Shown here: piece by piece, positions 8,691 through 18,386 of the stretch
How the letters are laid out: the number at the start of each line of letters is the position of its first letter
How positions within the stretch are numbered: the stretch's first letter is position 1
Source: an uncultured Actinomycetota bacterium
Lineage (GTDB): Bacteria > Actinomycetota > Thermoleophilia > RBG-16-64-13
DNA: 64,000 nt
Assembly: GCA_963783835.1 (NCBI GenBank)
Contig: CAWAOX010000014.1
Span: 238,614 to 302,613 of the forward strand
Direction: 5' to 3'
Made by a program: the position numbers and the translations under genes
Notes under the pieces: model-generated
Databases searched by the model: none
What the model was told of the DNA's origin: nothing
What the model saw: the letters and a program-made list of their open reading frames with translations, nothing else

Positions 8691-11600
8691 CACACGGTCC
8701 CTCTGAAGCAAGTGGGGTCCCGGCCGGCGGCCGCGCGGTCGCGCGCGGCCCCGGCACCGACACCGGCCGCATCGCCGGCGACCTTCGCCGGCTGCTCCGG
8801 GGCGATGTGGAGTTCGACGACGTCTCGCGCTTTCTCTACGCCACCGACGCCGGGCTCAACCAGGTGGAGCCGCTGGGGGTGGTGTCGCCACGGGATACCG
8901 AGGACGTCGTACGCTTGGTCGAATATGCGGCGGAACACACGATCCCGCTGATAGGCCGCGGCATGGGCTCCGGTCTTGCCGGAGGCGCCGTGGGTGCCGG
9001 CATCCAGGTGGACTTCACCCGCTACATGAACCGGGTGCTCGAGATAGCGCCCGACGGCTCGTGGGCCCGGGTCCAACCCGGGCTGGTGATGGCCTTGCTC
9101 AACCAGCAGGCCGCCGGGTTCGGGACCTTCTTCGCGCCCGATCCCTCCAGCGAGAACTACTGCAGCCTGGGCGGGATGATCGGGACCAATTCGTCCGGAG
9201 CCCGGACCGTGGCCTATGGCGGGACGAAGGACCACGTTCTGGCCCTCGAGGCAGTTCTTGCCGGTGGGAGTGTCTTTCGGGCGCGGGCTCTCAGCGAAGA
9301 TGGACCGGAGCTGGCCGCGCTCCTGGCCACCGATACCCTCGCCGGCCGGGCGTTCGCGCGGATCCTCCCCGAGTTGCGCGCGAACGCCGCCACGATAGCC
9401 GGCGCGATGCCCCGAGTGGTGAAGAACTGCTCTGGGTACCGGCTGGAGACGGTCTTGGACGACGCCGTCTCCGGCGGAGGTGCGACGACCGGCAGGGGCG
9501 GCACGGCCGGCGGCCCGGACGACGTGGCGCCTGGCGATCGCCTCGTCCACCTTCAGAAGCTGTTCGTCGGCGCCGAAGGTTCCCTGGGCCTGGTCACCGA
9601 GGCCACCCTCAACCTCGTGCCCCTGCCGAGTAGGCGTGGGATCGCCATGGCCTACTTCCCGTCTGTGTTCGCATCGGGGGAAGCGGTCCCGGGCATCCTC
9701 GCTCTCGAGCCGAGCGCAGTGGAGATCATGGACTCCCGCTTCCTCGCCCTCGTGCGGAAGCACGACTCCCGGATGGACGCGATGCTCCCGGAGCGGACCG
9801 ATACGGCGCTGCTCGTCGAGTTCGAGGGAGAAGACGACGGCGAGATCGACGAGAAGTTCGCGGCGCTGCGCCGGCACCTGGACGGCACTGAGGCCATCAA
9901 GGTGGTGCGCGCCCAGACCGCCGAGGAGGCCGCGCGTCTGTGGACCGTCCGCAAATCGGCGGTGGCCCTGGCGCTGCGCATGCCCGGACCGCGGCGGGCG
10001 CTCCCCTTCATCGAGGACGTCACGGTGCACCCGAGCGAGGTCCCGGGATATGTCGACTTCCTGCAGAAGCTGTTCGACCGGGAGAAGGTCGACGCCGTCA
10101 TGTACGGGCATGTAGGCGACGGGAACATCCACACCCGGCCCCTGCTCGATCCCAAAGATCCTGACGACCTGCGAACGATGCAGCGCGTTTATGACGAGGT
10201 CTCCGGATACGTGCGCGGGATACGGGGCACCATGTCGGGCGAGCATGGGGACGGTCTCCTGCGGACCCCCTACCTCCGGGAGATGTACGGGGATACCGTG
10301 TATTCGCTGTTTTCGCTGGTCAAGAATGCGTTCGATCCGGAGGGCGTGATGAACCCCGGAAAGAAGGTCGGGCCGCAGGAGCAGAGCGGGAGTCTGCTTG
10401 GGCATCTGCGGTACGGCTTCGACTACCGGACCCTGCCCCAGCGACCCATCCTGCATTTCCCCGCGAGCGAGTACGAGCGCGAGATCGAGAAGTGCCACGG
10501 CTGCGGTCAGTGCAAGAGCGTGGTCGTGACGACGATGTGCCCCACCTACAAGTCCACCCGGCGCGAGCATGCGTCGCCCCGGGCAAAGGCCAACCTTCTG
10601 CGAGGGATCATCACCGGGATGATCGACCCTGCTTCTTCGTATGGTGAAGCCGCCGCCAAAGTGGTGACCGACTACTGCATCGTCTGCGGGATGTGCGCGG
10701 TCGAGTGCCCCTCCAACGTCAACGTCCCCAAGCTGATGCTGGAGGCCAAGAGCAAGTACCGGGAAGCGCACCACGGGTCGCCCACCGATGCCCTTCTCGG
10801 ACACGCCGAGGCCACGTCGGCCCTTGGTCGCCGGCTCGCTCCGCTCGCCAACCCACTCCTTTCCCAACCCCTGGTCCGGCGTCTGGCGGAGCCCGTATCC
10901 GGCATCGACCGGCGGCGGCGCATGCCGCGTTTCGCCCGCCGGACCTTCGCCCAGACTATCAAGGGTGTCCCGGCTCGCGGCGGCCCGGCCCTCTCTGGAC
11001 GCGAAGCCACACAGGGGGCGCGAGGCGTGGCCCGGCCCCTGCTGGCCGCCTACTTCTACGACCTCTATGCCGGCTACAACGACCCCGGACTGGGCTTGGC
11101 CGTCCTACGGGTGCTGGAAGCCCATGGGATAGAGGTCGTTCTCCCCGAGCAGCGGTCCAGCGGCGTGCCGGAGATGCTCTACGGCTACGCGGGTGCCGCC
11201 CGGGAAACCGCCGAGTTCAACGTGGAGGCGGTCCTGCCCTGGCTGAAGCGGGGCGCTACCCTGCTGACGGCCGAGCCCACCGCCAGCTTCGCCTTCAAGG
11301 TCCATTATCCCGACTATCTCGCCACCCCTGAGTGCTCGCTGGTGGCCGGCGCGACTCATGACCTGGGGGAGTTCCTCGTCCGTTACCGCCTCGATCGTCC
11401 GGACGCGGCGCCGGCCGCCCGGCCTCTCCCTGCTCCCTGGGCGTCAGTGAAGCGCGTCGCCTATCACCAGCCCTGCCACTTGAAGGCGCAGCAGGTAGGC
11501 AGTCCCAGTCTCGACCTGTTGCGCGAGATCCCGGGGATCGAAGTCGTCGATCTTGCGGCGGGGTGCTGCGGCATGGCGGGGACGTTCGGGATGAAGAAGG

Positions 11601-11794
11601 GTACCTACGACCTGTCGATGCTGACCGGCGCCCCGCTGTTCGAACGCGTGGCGACCGTCGACCCCGATATCGTGGCCAGCGAGTGCAGCACCTGCCGCCT
11701 TCAGATCGCCGAGGCGGCGTCGGTCCAGACAGTCCACCCGGTCACGCTCCTGGCCGCGGCGTACGAGCTCTGGGAGCCGAGCGCGCGCGATTGA
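8687..11794 (+). CDS. large FAD-binding / 4Fe-4S / CCG-domain oxidoreductase (YdiJ-like; GlcD-GlcF-type fusion, putative 2-hydroxyacid dehydrogenase)
   Basis: FAD PCMH domain 'VVSPRDTEDVVRLVEYAAEHTIPLIGRGMGSGLAGG'; ferredoxin motifs 'CHGCGQCKSVVVTTMCP' and 'CIVCGMCAVECP'; CCG motif 'YHQPCHL'; 1035 aa. Confidence 0.8.
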   Translation: MTHGPSEASGVPAGGRAVARGPGTDTGRIAGDLRRLLRGDVEFDDVSRFLYATDAGLNQVEPLGVVSPRDTEDVVRLVEYAAEHTIPLIGRGMGSGLAGGAVGAGIQVDFTRYMNRVLEIAPDGSWARVQPGLVMALLNQQAAGFGTFFAPDPSSENYCSLGGMIGTNSSGARTVAYGGTKDHVLALEAVLAGGSVFRARALSEDGPELAALLATDTLAGRAFARILPELRANAATIAGAMPRVVKNCSGYRLETVLDDAVSGGGATTGRGGTAGGPDDVAPGDRLVHLQKLFVGAEGSLGLVTEATLNLVPLPSRRGIAMAYFPSVFASGEAVPGILALEPSAVEIMDSRFLALVRKHDSRMDAMLPERTDTALLVEFEGEDDGEIDEKFAALRRHLDGTEAIKVVRAQTAEEAARLWTVRKSAVALALRMPGPRRALPFIEDVTVHPSEVPGYVDFLQKLFDREKVDAVMYGHVGDGNIHTRPLLDPKDPDDLRTMQRVYDEVSGYVRGIRGTMSGEHGDGLLRTPYLREMYGDTVYSLFSLVKNAFDPEGVMNPGKKVGPQEQSGSLLGHLRYGFDYRTLPQRPILHFPASEYEREIEKCHGCGQCKSVVVTTMCPTYKSTRREHASPRAKANLLRGIITGMIDPASSYGEAAAKVVTDYCIVCGMCAVECPSNVNVPKLMLEAKSKYREAHHGSPTDALLGHAEATSALGRRLAPLANPLLSQPLVRRLAEPVSGIDRRRRMPRFARRTFAQTIKGVPARGGPALSGREATQGARGVARPLLAAYFYDLYAGYNDPGLGLAVLRVLEAHGIEVVLPEQRSSGVPEMLYGYAGAARETAEFNVEAVLPWLKRGATLLTAEPTASFAFKVHYPDYLATPECSLVAGATHDLGEFLVRYRLDRPDAAPAARPLPAPWASVKRVAYHQPCHLKAQQVGSPSLDLLREIPGIEVVDLAAGCCGMAGTFGMKKGTYDLSMLTGAPLFERVATVDPDIVASECSTCRLQIAEAASVQTVHPVTLLAAAYELWEPSARD

Positions 11795-11806
11795 CCGCCC
11801 GCGCCC

Positions 11807-11992
11807 CTACTTGTCGGCGTAGAGGGTCCCACCTTTCGCCCAGTTCTCCCTGGGATAGTCCTCGATGATCACGTCGACCTGGTCCTCAGGCGCTCCGGTG
11901 TACTTGACCACCACCTCGGTGACAGCCTTCGCCAGGCGGCGCTTCTGTTCCACGCTCCGGCCTTCGAGCATCTTGACGATGATGAGGGGCAC
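11807..11992 (-). CDS. 4-oxalocrotonate tautomerase family protein (~61 aa)
   Basis: 'PLIIVKMLEGRSVEQKRRLAKAVTEVVVKYTGAPEDQVDVIIEDY' is a typical tautomerase fold; GTG start with GGAGGA 4 nt upstream chosen over the longer ORF start at 12043. Confidence 0.65.
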   Translation of the reverse strand: MPLIIVKMLEGRSVEQKRRLAKAVTEVVVKYTGAPEDQVDVIIEDYPRENWAKGGTLYADK

Positions 11993-12158
11993 GGCATCCT
12001 CCGGTGTAGGCGTCGGAAGTCGACGCGGACACAGTACTACCAAAGTCCGGGTCCCGCAGCGCTACCGGCTGCCGGCCGACATCACTGTCCTCTCGCCGGC
12101 GGAGTTCCTCGGGGGCTAGAGCCACCCGGCGCGGCGCTGTCCGACGAGGCCCCGCCCG

Positions 12159-12899
12159 CTACTTCAACCGGCCGAACAGCCTCCGCCTGACCGCCGCCTT
12201 CTTGAGCCACTGGATGCCCTCGGTCGGGCTCAACTCCTTCGGGCAGGCTTCCTGGCAGTTCATGATGGTGTGACAGCGGTAGACACCACGCTCGTTATCG
12301 AAGAGCGGCAGACGCTCCTTGCGGGCCTCGTCCCGGGAGTCCACCTCGAAGCGGTAGGCCTTGAGCAGCGCCGCCGGGCCGATGTAGTTCTCCTCGCCCC
12401 AGACCGATGGACAACTCGAGTAGCAGCACCCGCAGAGGATGCAGTCGATAGGCATGTCCAGCTTCTTACGATCCTTGGGCGACTGCGGGATCTCCTTCTC
12501 CGGCTCCGCCGAGTTGCGGATGAGCCAGGGCTTGATGTACTCGTACTTGTCGAAGAACCCGTCCATGTCGCACACCAGGTCCTTCACCAGAGGCACGTGC
12601 GGCATGGGGGAGACCGTAACCGTGGGGTTGGCCGAGTGGACGGTGGGAAGGTGCTTGACGTTGGTCTGGCAGGCAAGCCGGTATGCCCCGTTGATGTACA
12701 TGGCGCAACTGCCGCAGATGGAGGCGCGGCAGCAGTAACGGAAGGAGAGGCTGCCGTCGTACCTCTCCTGGATGTAGAAGAGACCCTCGAGCACGGTGAG
12801 GTTCCCCTCGTAGGGGACGGTGTACTCCTCCCAACGAGCTTCGGGATCCTTCTTGCTGGCCGGGTCTTGCCGCTTGATGCGAAACGTGATCTCTGTCAT
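12159..12899 (-). CDS. sdhB: succinate dehydrogenase/fumarate reductase iron-sulfur subunit
   Basis: 2Fe-2S 'CCRASICGSCAMYINGAYRLACQT' and 4Fe-4S 'CILCGCCYSSCP' / 'CHTIMNCQEACP' motifs. Confidence 0.9.
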   Translation of the reverse strand: MTEITFRIKRQDPASKKDPEARWEEYTVPYEGNLTVLEGLFYIQERYDGSLSFRYCCRASICGSCAMYINGAYRLACQTNVKHLPTVHSANPTVTVSPMPHVPLVKDLVCDMDGFFDKYEYIKPWLIRNSAEPEKEIPQSPKDRKKLDMPIDCILCGCCYSSCPSVWGEENYIGPAALLKAYRFEVDSRDEARKERLPLFDNERGVYRCHTIMNCQEACPKELSPTEGIQWLKKAAVRRRLFGRLK

Positions 12900-14611
12900 C
12901 AGTACACCCGCTCCTGGGGCTCGAAGGTGCCGAGCGTGACCGGCTTCGAGTCGAGCCGGGGGCCGGCTTCATCCGGCCGGTAGTAAGCCAGCGTGTGCTT
13001 GAGCCAGTTGGCGTCGTCCCGCTTGTTGTAGTCGGTCCGGAAGTGGGCTCCCCGCGACTCGTTCCGCGCCAGAGCTCCCGCCGCCATGGCAAGCGCGACG
13101 TCGATCATGCTTTCCAGGTCCACCGTACGGATCATGTCGAGGTTGAAGACCTGGCCAGTCCAGCGCAGCCCCACGTTCTTGGAACGCTCTTTGACGGTGA
13201 GAAGCTTCTCGAGGCCGGCCTTCATGGTCTGCTCGTCGCGGAACACGCCGAAGTGGTCTCGGGTCACGTCCGCCATCTCGTTGCGGAGCGCATAGGCGTT
13301 CTCGGCGCCGGCGGCGCTGCTGAGCCGGTCGATCTTGTCCTCCATGGCCTGAACGGCGGCGAACGCCGTCCGGGCGTTCGGCGGCCGTTGGTCGGCGCGT
13401 CCCTCCAGATACCGCACCACCTCCGCTCCGGAGCGCCGGCCGAAGACGATGGTCTCGAGCAGGGAGTTTCCCCCAAGCCGGTTGGCACCGTGGACGCTCA
13501 CGCAGGCGCATTCACCGGCGGCGTAGAGGCCGGGCATCGGCGTGGCGCCGTCGAAGTCGGTGTCGATACCACCCATGGTGTAGTGCTGACTGGGCACCAC
13601 CGGAATCGGCTCCTCAATAGGGTCTACGCCTTCAAAGTGGATGGCCAGGTCGCGGATACCGGGCAAACGTTCCAGGATCTTCTCGGCGCCGAGGTGGCGC
13701 AGATCAAGGAACACGTACGGCTGGCCATTGATACCCCGGCCTTCGTTGATCTCGGTCTGGCCGGCCCGGGCGACGATGTCACGGGGTGCCAACTCCATGA
13801 ACTTGGGCGCGTACTTCTCCATGTAGCGCTCTCCCAGGCCGTTGAGAAGGTAGCCGCCTTCCCCACGGGCCCCCTCGGTCATGAGGATGTTGGTGGAGAA
13901 AAGACCGGTGGGATGAAACTGGATGAACTCCATGTCCTTGAGAGGCACCCCAGCGTGGTAGGCCAGGGCCATGCCACCGCCGGTGTTGATGAGCGCGTTT
14001 GTGGAGTTGGAGTAGATCCGACCCGAACCGCCGGTGGCGATGACGACGGCATTCGCGTTGAAGGCCTCGAAGCCGCCGCGGATCATGTCGTAGGCCACCA
14101 CGCCCTGGCACACACCGTCGTGAACGATGAGCTTGCACACGTACTGCTCCACGTACAACTTGACGCCGAACCGGTAGGCCTGCTCGACCAGGGTATGCAG
14201 CAGATACTGGCCCGTCTTGTCGGCGCCGTAGCAGCAGCGGGGGAAGCCGGCGCCGCCAAAGGGCCGCTGGGTTATGCGCCCGTCTTCATAGCGGCTGAAG
14301 GGACAGCCCCAGTGGTCCATCTCGTAGATGACCCGTATGGCGTCCTGGGTCATTTTCATGATGGCATCCTGGTCGCCCAGGTAGTCGCCGCCCTTGGTGG
14401 TGTCGAACGCGTGCTTCTCCCAGGTGTCGTCGTGGCCGTCCGGGTGATTGCCCAGAGCCGCGTTGATACCGCCTTGCGCCGCACCGGAGTGGCTGCGGGC
14501 CGGGTGGACCTGCGAGAGGACGGCGACGTCGACGCCGGCGCGCTTGGCTTCGATAGCAGCGCGCAGCCCAGAGAGGCCGCCGCCGACAACGATCACGTCA
14601 TGATGGATCAT
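12899..14611 (-). CDS. sdhA: succinate dehydrogenase flavoprotein subunit
   Basis: 'DVIVVGGGLSGLRAAIEA', covalent-FAD His region 'RSHSGAAQGGINAA', active site 'HYTMGGI'. Confidence 0.95.
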   Translation of the reverse strand: MIHHDVIVVGGGLSGLRAAIEAKRAGVDVAVLSQVHPARSHSGAAQGGINAALGNHPDGHDDTWEKHAFDTTKGGDYLGDQDAIMKMTQDAIRVIYEMDHWGCPFSRYEDGRITQRPFGGAGFPRCCYGADKTGQYLLHTLVEQAYRFGVKLYVEQYVCKLIVHDGVCQGVVAYDMIRGGFEAFNANAVVIATGGSGRIYSNSTNALINTGGGMALAYHAGVPLKDMEFIQFHPTGLFSTNILMTEGARGEGGYLLNGLGERYMEKYAPKFMELAPRDIVARAGQTEINEGRGINGQPYVFLDLRHLGAEKILERLPGIRDLAIHFEGVDPIEEPIPVVPSQHYTMGGIDTDFDGATPMPGLYAAGECACVSVHGANRLGGNSLLETIVFGRRSGAEVVRYLEGRADQRPPNARTAFAAVQAMEDKIDRLSSAAGAENAYALRNEMADVTRDHFGVFRDEQTMKAGLEKLLTVKERSKNVGLRWTGQVFNLDMIRTVDLESMIDVALAMAAGALARNESRGAHFRTDYNKRDDANWLKHTLAYYRPDEAGPRLDSKPVTLGTFEPQERVY

Positions 14612-14627
14612 TACTCAGTCACCTTCC

Positions 14628-14990
14628 CTAACCGATCCAGGGCCAAAGCGCCCAGATCCCATATCCGAGGGCCACGACGCCCACCACCCAAAGAGCGATG
14701 GTGAGCCCGAGGGCCCGCGCGCGGGACGTGAACCAGTAGTCCATGAGCACCATGCGGAGCCCGTTGAGCGCGTGATAGATGCCTGCCGCCAAGAGGATGA
14801 TGTCGACGGCCGTCAGCCCGTGGTTGGCGAGCCTGGCCCCAATGTTTTCCATGTCCAGCTCGCCGATGTTGGCGATGTGCGTGGCCGCCAGATGGATGGC
14901 CAGGCAGACGATGAGCAGAACCGCGGTGATGCGCTGGAACAGCCAGGCCCACATCCCGCCCCGGTGTGTGGAGATGGTCTCGGCCTTCAT
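14628..14990 (-). CDS. sdhD: succinate dehydrogenase hydrophobic membrane anchor subunit
   Basis: Three TM helices, conserved 'HxxNG' pattern ('YHALNGLRMVLMD'); position between sdhC and sdhA. Confidence 0.75.
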   Translation of the reverse strand: MKAETISTHRGGMWAWLFQRITAVLLIVCLAIHLAATHIANIGELDMENIGARLANHGLTAVDIILLAAGIYHALNGLRMVLMDYWFTSRARALGLTIALWVVGVVALGYGIWALWPWIG

Positions 14991-15386
14991 CTACATCACC
15001 CCCTTGCCGGTGGCGATAAAGGTGAAGGCCACCCAGGCGAACACGGCGAAGCAGACGACGACGACCGCCATGGCCGACCAGAACATGATCTTGTGGCGGT
15101 GGATACCGATCCCCAGATCCATCAGGATGATGCGTACCCCGTTGAGCGCGTGGTACAGGACGGCGACAACCAAAGCGAGGTCGGCCAGCACGGCGATCGG
15201 GTTGTCAAAGGCCTTCAGGAGGGCGTCGAGCTTGTCGAAGTGGCCCGTGGAGATGACGATGATGTGAACACCGAGATAAAAGACGAGGATGAGACCGCTG
15301 ATCCGGAAGAACAACCAGGCCCACATGCCTGTCGCTTTCCAGAGGCCCGCCCCTACGTTGGCGGTCTCGCGAGGTTTTGCGCTCAA
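14991..15386 (-). CDS. sdhC: succinate dehydrogenase cytochrome b subunit
   Basis: TM helices with 'YHALNGVRIILMD'; heads the sdh genes; 4-nt overlap with upstream fumarase beta gene. Confidence 0.8.
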   Translation of the reverse strand: MSAKPRETANVGAGLWKATGMWAWLFFRISGLILVFYLGVHIIVISTGHFDKLDALLKAFDNPIAVLADLALVVAVLYHALNGVRIILMDLGIGIHRHKIMFWSAMAVVVVCFAVFAWVAFTFIATGKGVM

Positions 15387-15973
15387 GAATCCACCTTCCT
15401 CTCGTACTCCTTGCGGCCTTCCACGTAGAGGTCGCCGCCGTACATATCGTTGATCACCACGACCGGGAAGTCCTTGACCAGCAGCTCGCGGATGGCTTCC
15501 GGACCCAGATCCTCGTAGGCCACCACTTTCGCGGCCACGATGCGCTGCGACAGGAGCGCGCCGGCGCCACCCGTGGCCCCCAGATAAACAGCCTTGTCGC
15601 GCTTGAGTGCTTCCTTGACCGCCTCGTTGCGCGAGCCCTTGCCGATCATTCCCTTGAGACCGAGGTCGAGCAGTTTGGGCGAGTAGGCGTCCATGCGGCC
15701 GGAGGTGGTGGGCCCGGCCGACCCGATGGCCTCACCCGGCTTGGGCGGGGTCGGACCGACGAAGTAGATGATCTGCCCCCGAATGTCGATCGGTAGCGGC
15801 TCACCCTTGTCCACCAGCGCTATCAGCCGTTTGTGCGCGGCGTCCCGGCCCGTGTAGATGGTCCCGCTGATCAGGAGGCGGTCGCCGGCGTGGAGCGATT
15901 CGACGATCTCGTCGGTGAGCGGAGTGGTGATCTTGAGGGCGGCGCGCTCGCCTGTGCTGCCTTCGCCTCCCAT
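15383..15973 (-). CDS. class I (Fe-S) fumarate hydratase / tartrate dehydratase-type hydro-lyase, beta subunit
   Basis: 'ISGTIYTGRDAAHKRL...GQIIYFVGPTP...GMIGKGSR' is typical of FumB/TtdB-type beta subunits; ATG at 15973 overlaps the alpha-subunit TGA by 1 nt and has AAGGAGGTG SD; the longer ORF (to 16126) is not supported. Confidence 0.85.
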   Translation of the reverse strand: MGGEGSTGERAALKITTPLTDEIVESLHAGDRLLISGTIYTGRDAAHKRLIALVDKGEPLPIDIRGQIIYFVGPTPPKPGEAIGSAGPTTSGRMDAYSPKLLDLGLKGMIGKGSRNEAVKEALKRDKAVYLGATGGAGALLSQRIVAAKVVAYEDLGPEAIRELLVKDFPVVVINDMYGGDLYVEGRKEYERKVDS

Positions 15974-16833
15974 CAGAGAACCACCTCCTTGTGTCGCGCC
16001 GAATGACACTGGATGTTGACGGCCACCGGCATGCTGGCGATGTGCGCGGGCAGTTCCTCGATGAAGACGTCGATGACGGTGGTGATGCCGCCCAGCCCCG
16101 CCGGCCCGATGCCGAGGGCGTTGCACCGCCGCTCGATCTCGTCTTCCAACTCGGCCAGGCGCGGATCCGGGTTGGTCGATCCGACCCCGCGCAACAGGGA
16201 GTGCTTAGCCATGTAGGCCGCCTTCTCGAACGTGCCTCCCAGTCCGACGCCCACGATGATGGGCGGGCAGGGATTCGGGCCGGCCTTGCTGACGGTGTCG
16301 ACGATGAAGTCGACCGCTCCTTGCCTGCCCTGCGAGGGCTTCAGCATTCCCAGGGCACTCATGTTCTCGGCGCCGCCGCCTTTGGGCGCCACGATAACGC
16401 GGACCTTGTCGCCCGGCACTATCCTCATGTGAAGCATGGCAGGGGTGTTGTCCCCGGTGTTCAGCCGGGCCCCGATCGGATCGGCCACCGCAGACTTGCG
16501 GAGGTAGCCTTCGCCATATCCTCTGCGGACGCCCTCATTGACCGCGGTCTCCAGGTCTCCTCCGACCAGGTGCACGTCCTGACCTATCTCGAGGAATACG
16601 ACGGCCAAACCGGTGTCCTGGCAGAGCGGCATATTCTTGTCCCGGGCGAGGCGCGAGTTCTCCAGCAACTGGGCGAGTATGTCCTTGCCCGTCTGGGACT
16701 CCTCGCGCTCGGCGGCTTTCTCGAAGAAGGCGACCAGATCGTCACCCAGATAGGTACAGGCCTTGACAGCCAGTGTGGCCACCGCCTCGGTTATCCGGGC
16801 GACCTCCAGTTCCCTCACGATTACCCTCCTCAC
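15973..16833 (-). CDS. class I (Fe-S) fumarate hydratase / tartrate dehydratase-type hydro-lyase, alpha subunit
   Basis: 'NMPLCQDTGLAVVFLEIGQDVHL', 'IVAPKGGGAENMS', 'PCPPIIVGVGLGGTFE' are characteristic of the FumA N-domain/TtdA family. Confidence 0.85.
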   Translation of the reverse strand: MRRVIVRELEVARITEAVATLAVKACTYLGDDLVAFFEKAAEREESQTGKDILAQLLENSRLARDKNMPLCQDTGLAVVFLEIGQDVHLVGGDLETAVNEGVRRGYGEGYLRKSAVADPIGARLNTGDNTPAMLHMRIVPGDKVRVIVAPKGGGAENMSALGMLKPSQGRQGAVDFIVDTVSKAGPNPCPPIIVGVGLGGTFEKAAYMAKHSLLRGVGSTNPDPRLAELEDEIERRCNALGIGPAGLGGITTVIDVFIEELPAHIASMPVAVNIQCHSARHKEVVL

Positions 16834-16965
16834 CCGAACGGCTCATAGGCGCGCAGGCACTAGCGCCGCCTGACGGCGCCGGTGCACCAGCCACTTTAGC
16901 GCGAAAGTTGATATGTGTATACCGTTTGGCCGGCACCTCCCGCCTCGGCTACACTATGCGGCGTC

Positions 16966-17937
16966 ATGCGCATCCTTTCCGGCATACAGCCTTCGGGCCG
17001 GCCTCATCTGGGCAACTACTTCGGCGCCCTGCGGCAGTACATCTCTCTGCAGGCCGGGAACGAGCCCTTCTACTTCATCGCGAGTTATCACGCACTCACG
17101 TCGGTGCAGGAGGCCGCCCTCCTTCGTGAGTACACGATGGGAGTGGCTCTCGACTTCCTGGCCCTCGGACTCGATCCGGAGCAATCGGCCCTTTTTGCCC
17201 AGCAAGACGTGCCCGAGGTCACCGAGCTCGCCTGGATTCTCTCCTGCGTCACGCCCATGGGCATGCTCGAGCGGGCGGTGGGCTACAAGGACAAGATCGC
17301 CCAGGGCATGGCGCCCAACCACGGGCTGTTCGCCTACCCGGTGCTCCAGGCGGCCGACATCCTTATCTACCTCTCCGACCTGGTCCCCGTTGGGCAGGAC
17401 CAGAAGCAGCACCTGGAGATGACCCGCGATATCGCCGGCAAGTTCAACCAGCAGTTCGGCGAGGTGTTCGTCATACCCGAGCCGTATATCCTCGATTCCA
17501 CGGCGGTGGTGCCGGGCGTCGACGGGCGCAAGATGTCCAAGAGCTACGGGAACGAGATCGGGATCTTCGACGAGGGTAAGGACCTCAAGAAGAAGATCAT
17601 GTCGATCGTCACCGACTCCACGCCTGTGGAGGATCCCAAGGACCCGGTCGAATCAACGCCGTTCCTGCTTCTTAGCCTGCTCGCCTCTTCCGAGGAGACG
17701 GCCGAGTGGGAGGCCCGCTACAAGGCCGGGGGCATGGGATATGGAGAGGTGAAGAAGCGCCTGCTCGAGCTCGTTGACGAGTGCTTCGCGCCCGCCCGCC
17801 AGCGCCGGCGCGAGCTGGAAGCCGATCCGGGCTACGTGACGGACGTCCTCAGGGACGGGGGCATGCGGGCCCGAGCCGTCGCCCAGCAGGTCATGGAGAA
17901 GGTAAGAGAAGCAACAGGTCTTCCGACCACCTACTGA
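16966..17937 (+). CDS. trpS: tryptophan--tRNA ligase
   Basis: 'ILSGIQPSGRPHLGNYFGA' (HIGH-type) and 'KMSKS' motifs; start placed at the internal Met (MRILSG) because the HIGH motif is normally near the N-terminus. Confidence 0.9.
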   Translation: MRILSGIQPSGRPHLGNYFGALRQYISLQAGNEPFYFIASYHALTSVQEAALLREYTMGVALDFLALGLDPEQSALFAQQDVPEVTELAWILSCVTPMGMLERAVGYKDKIAQGMAPNHGLFAYPVLQAADILIYLSDLVPVGQDQKQHLEMTRDIAGKFNQQFGEVFVIPEPYILDSTAVVPGVDGRKMSKSYGNEIGIFDEGKDLKKKIMSIVTDSTPVEDPKDPVESTPFLLLSLLASSEETAEWEARYKAGGMGYGEVKKRLLELVDECFAPARQRRRELEADPGYVTDVLRDGGMRARAVAQQVMEKVREATGLPTTY

Positions 17938-18022
17938 GCGGGACGGGCAGATAGCACTCCGCTAGCGGCGCCGGGTCTTCACCCGCCGCGTTGTACCCAC
18001 ATGGCGCACCAAGGAGGCCGAG

Positions 18023-18382
18023 ATGGAGGAGTGGAAGGAACCCGCGGCAGGACCGGCGCGACCGGACGCGGACGAGAACTGGGCGGGCGAGCTCGAGGCG
18101 ATGATGCAATTCGCCGAAGGCGGCATCGTCAGTAAGACGCTGGTCGACCGGCCGAAGCTGGTCAACATCTCCCTCTTCATGATGAGCACCGGCCAGAAGA
18201 TGTCGTCTCATGCGGCGAGCAGGCCGGCCACCATCCACGTTCTGGGCGGCGAGGGCAAGATCACCATCGGCGACCGAACGTACGAAAGCAAGCGCGGCTC
18301 GTTCTTCTACATGCCGGCCGGCCAGCCTCACGCCCTGGAATCGACGGACGATCTGGTCTTTTTGCTGTACCTGCTGGGCTGA
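18023..18382 (+). CDS. cupin domain protein
   Basis: Cupin motifs 'TIHVLGGEGKITIGD' and 'YMPAGQPHALES'. Confidence 0.6.
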   Translation: MEEWKEPAAGPARPDADENWAGELEAMMQFAEGGIVSKTLVDRPKLVNISLFMMSTGQKMSSHAASRPATIHVLGGEGKITIGDRTYESKRGSFFYMPAGQPHALESTDDLVFLLYLLG

Positions 18383-18386
18383 GGAG

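Noticed and set aside
8633-10867. 744-aa minus-strand ORF antisense to the YdiJ-like oxidoreductase gene
   Set aside because: Same high-GC antisense artefact; no recognisable domains, while the plus-strand gene has clear FAD and Fe-S motifs.
12995-14704. 569-aa plus-strand ORF antisense to sdhA
   Set aside because: sdhA on the minus strand is unambiguous; the antisense ORF is a GC-rich artefact.
15383-16126. Longer 247-aa version of the fumarase beta subunit starting at 16126
   Set aside because: The upstream 51 codons are His/Arg-rich junk overlapping the alpha-subunit gene. An ATG with AAGGAGGTG SD at 15973 coincides with the alpha stop (TGATG coupling).
16834-16965. Possible T-box leader upstream of trpS
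   Set aside because: The intergenic region is only ~130 nt and also serves the divergent fumarase promoter. That is too short for a T-box riboswitch, and no specifier or T-box consensus was seen.
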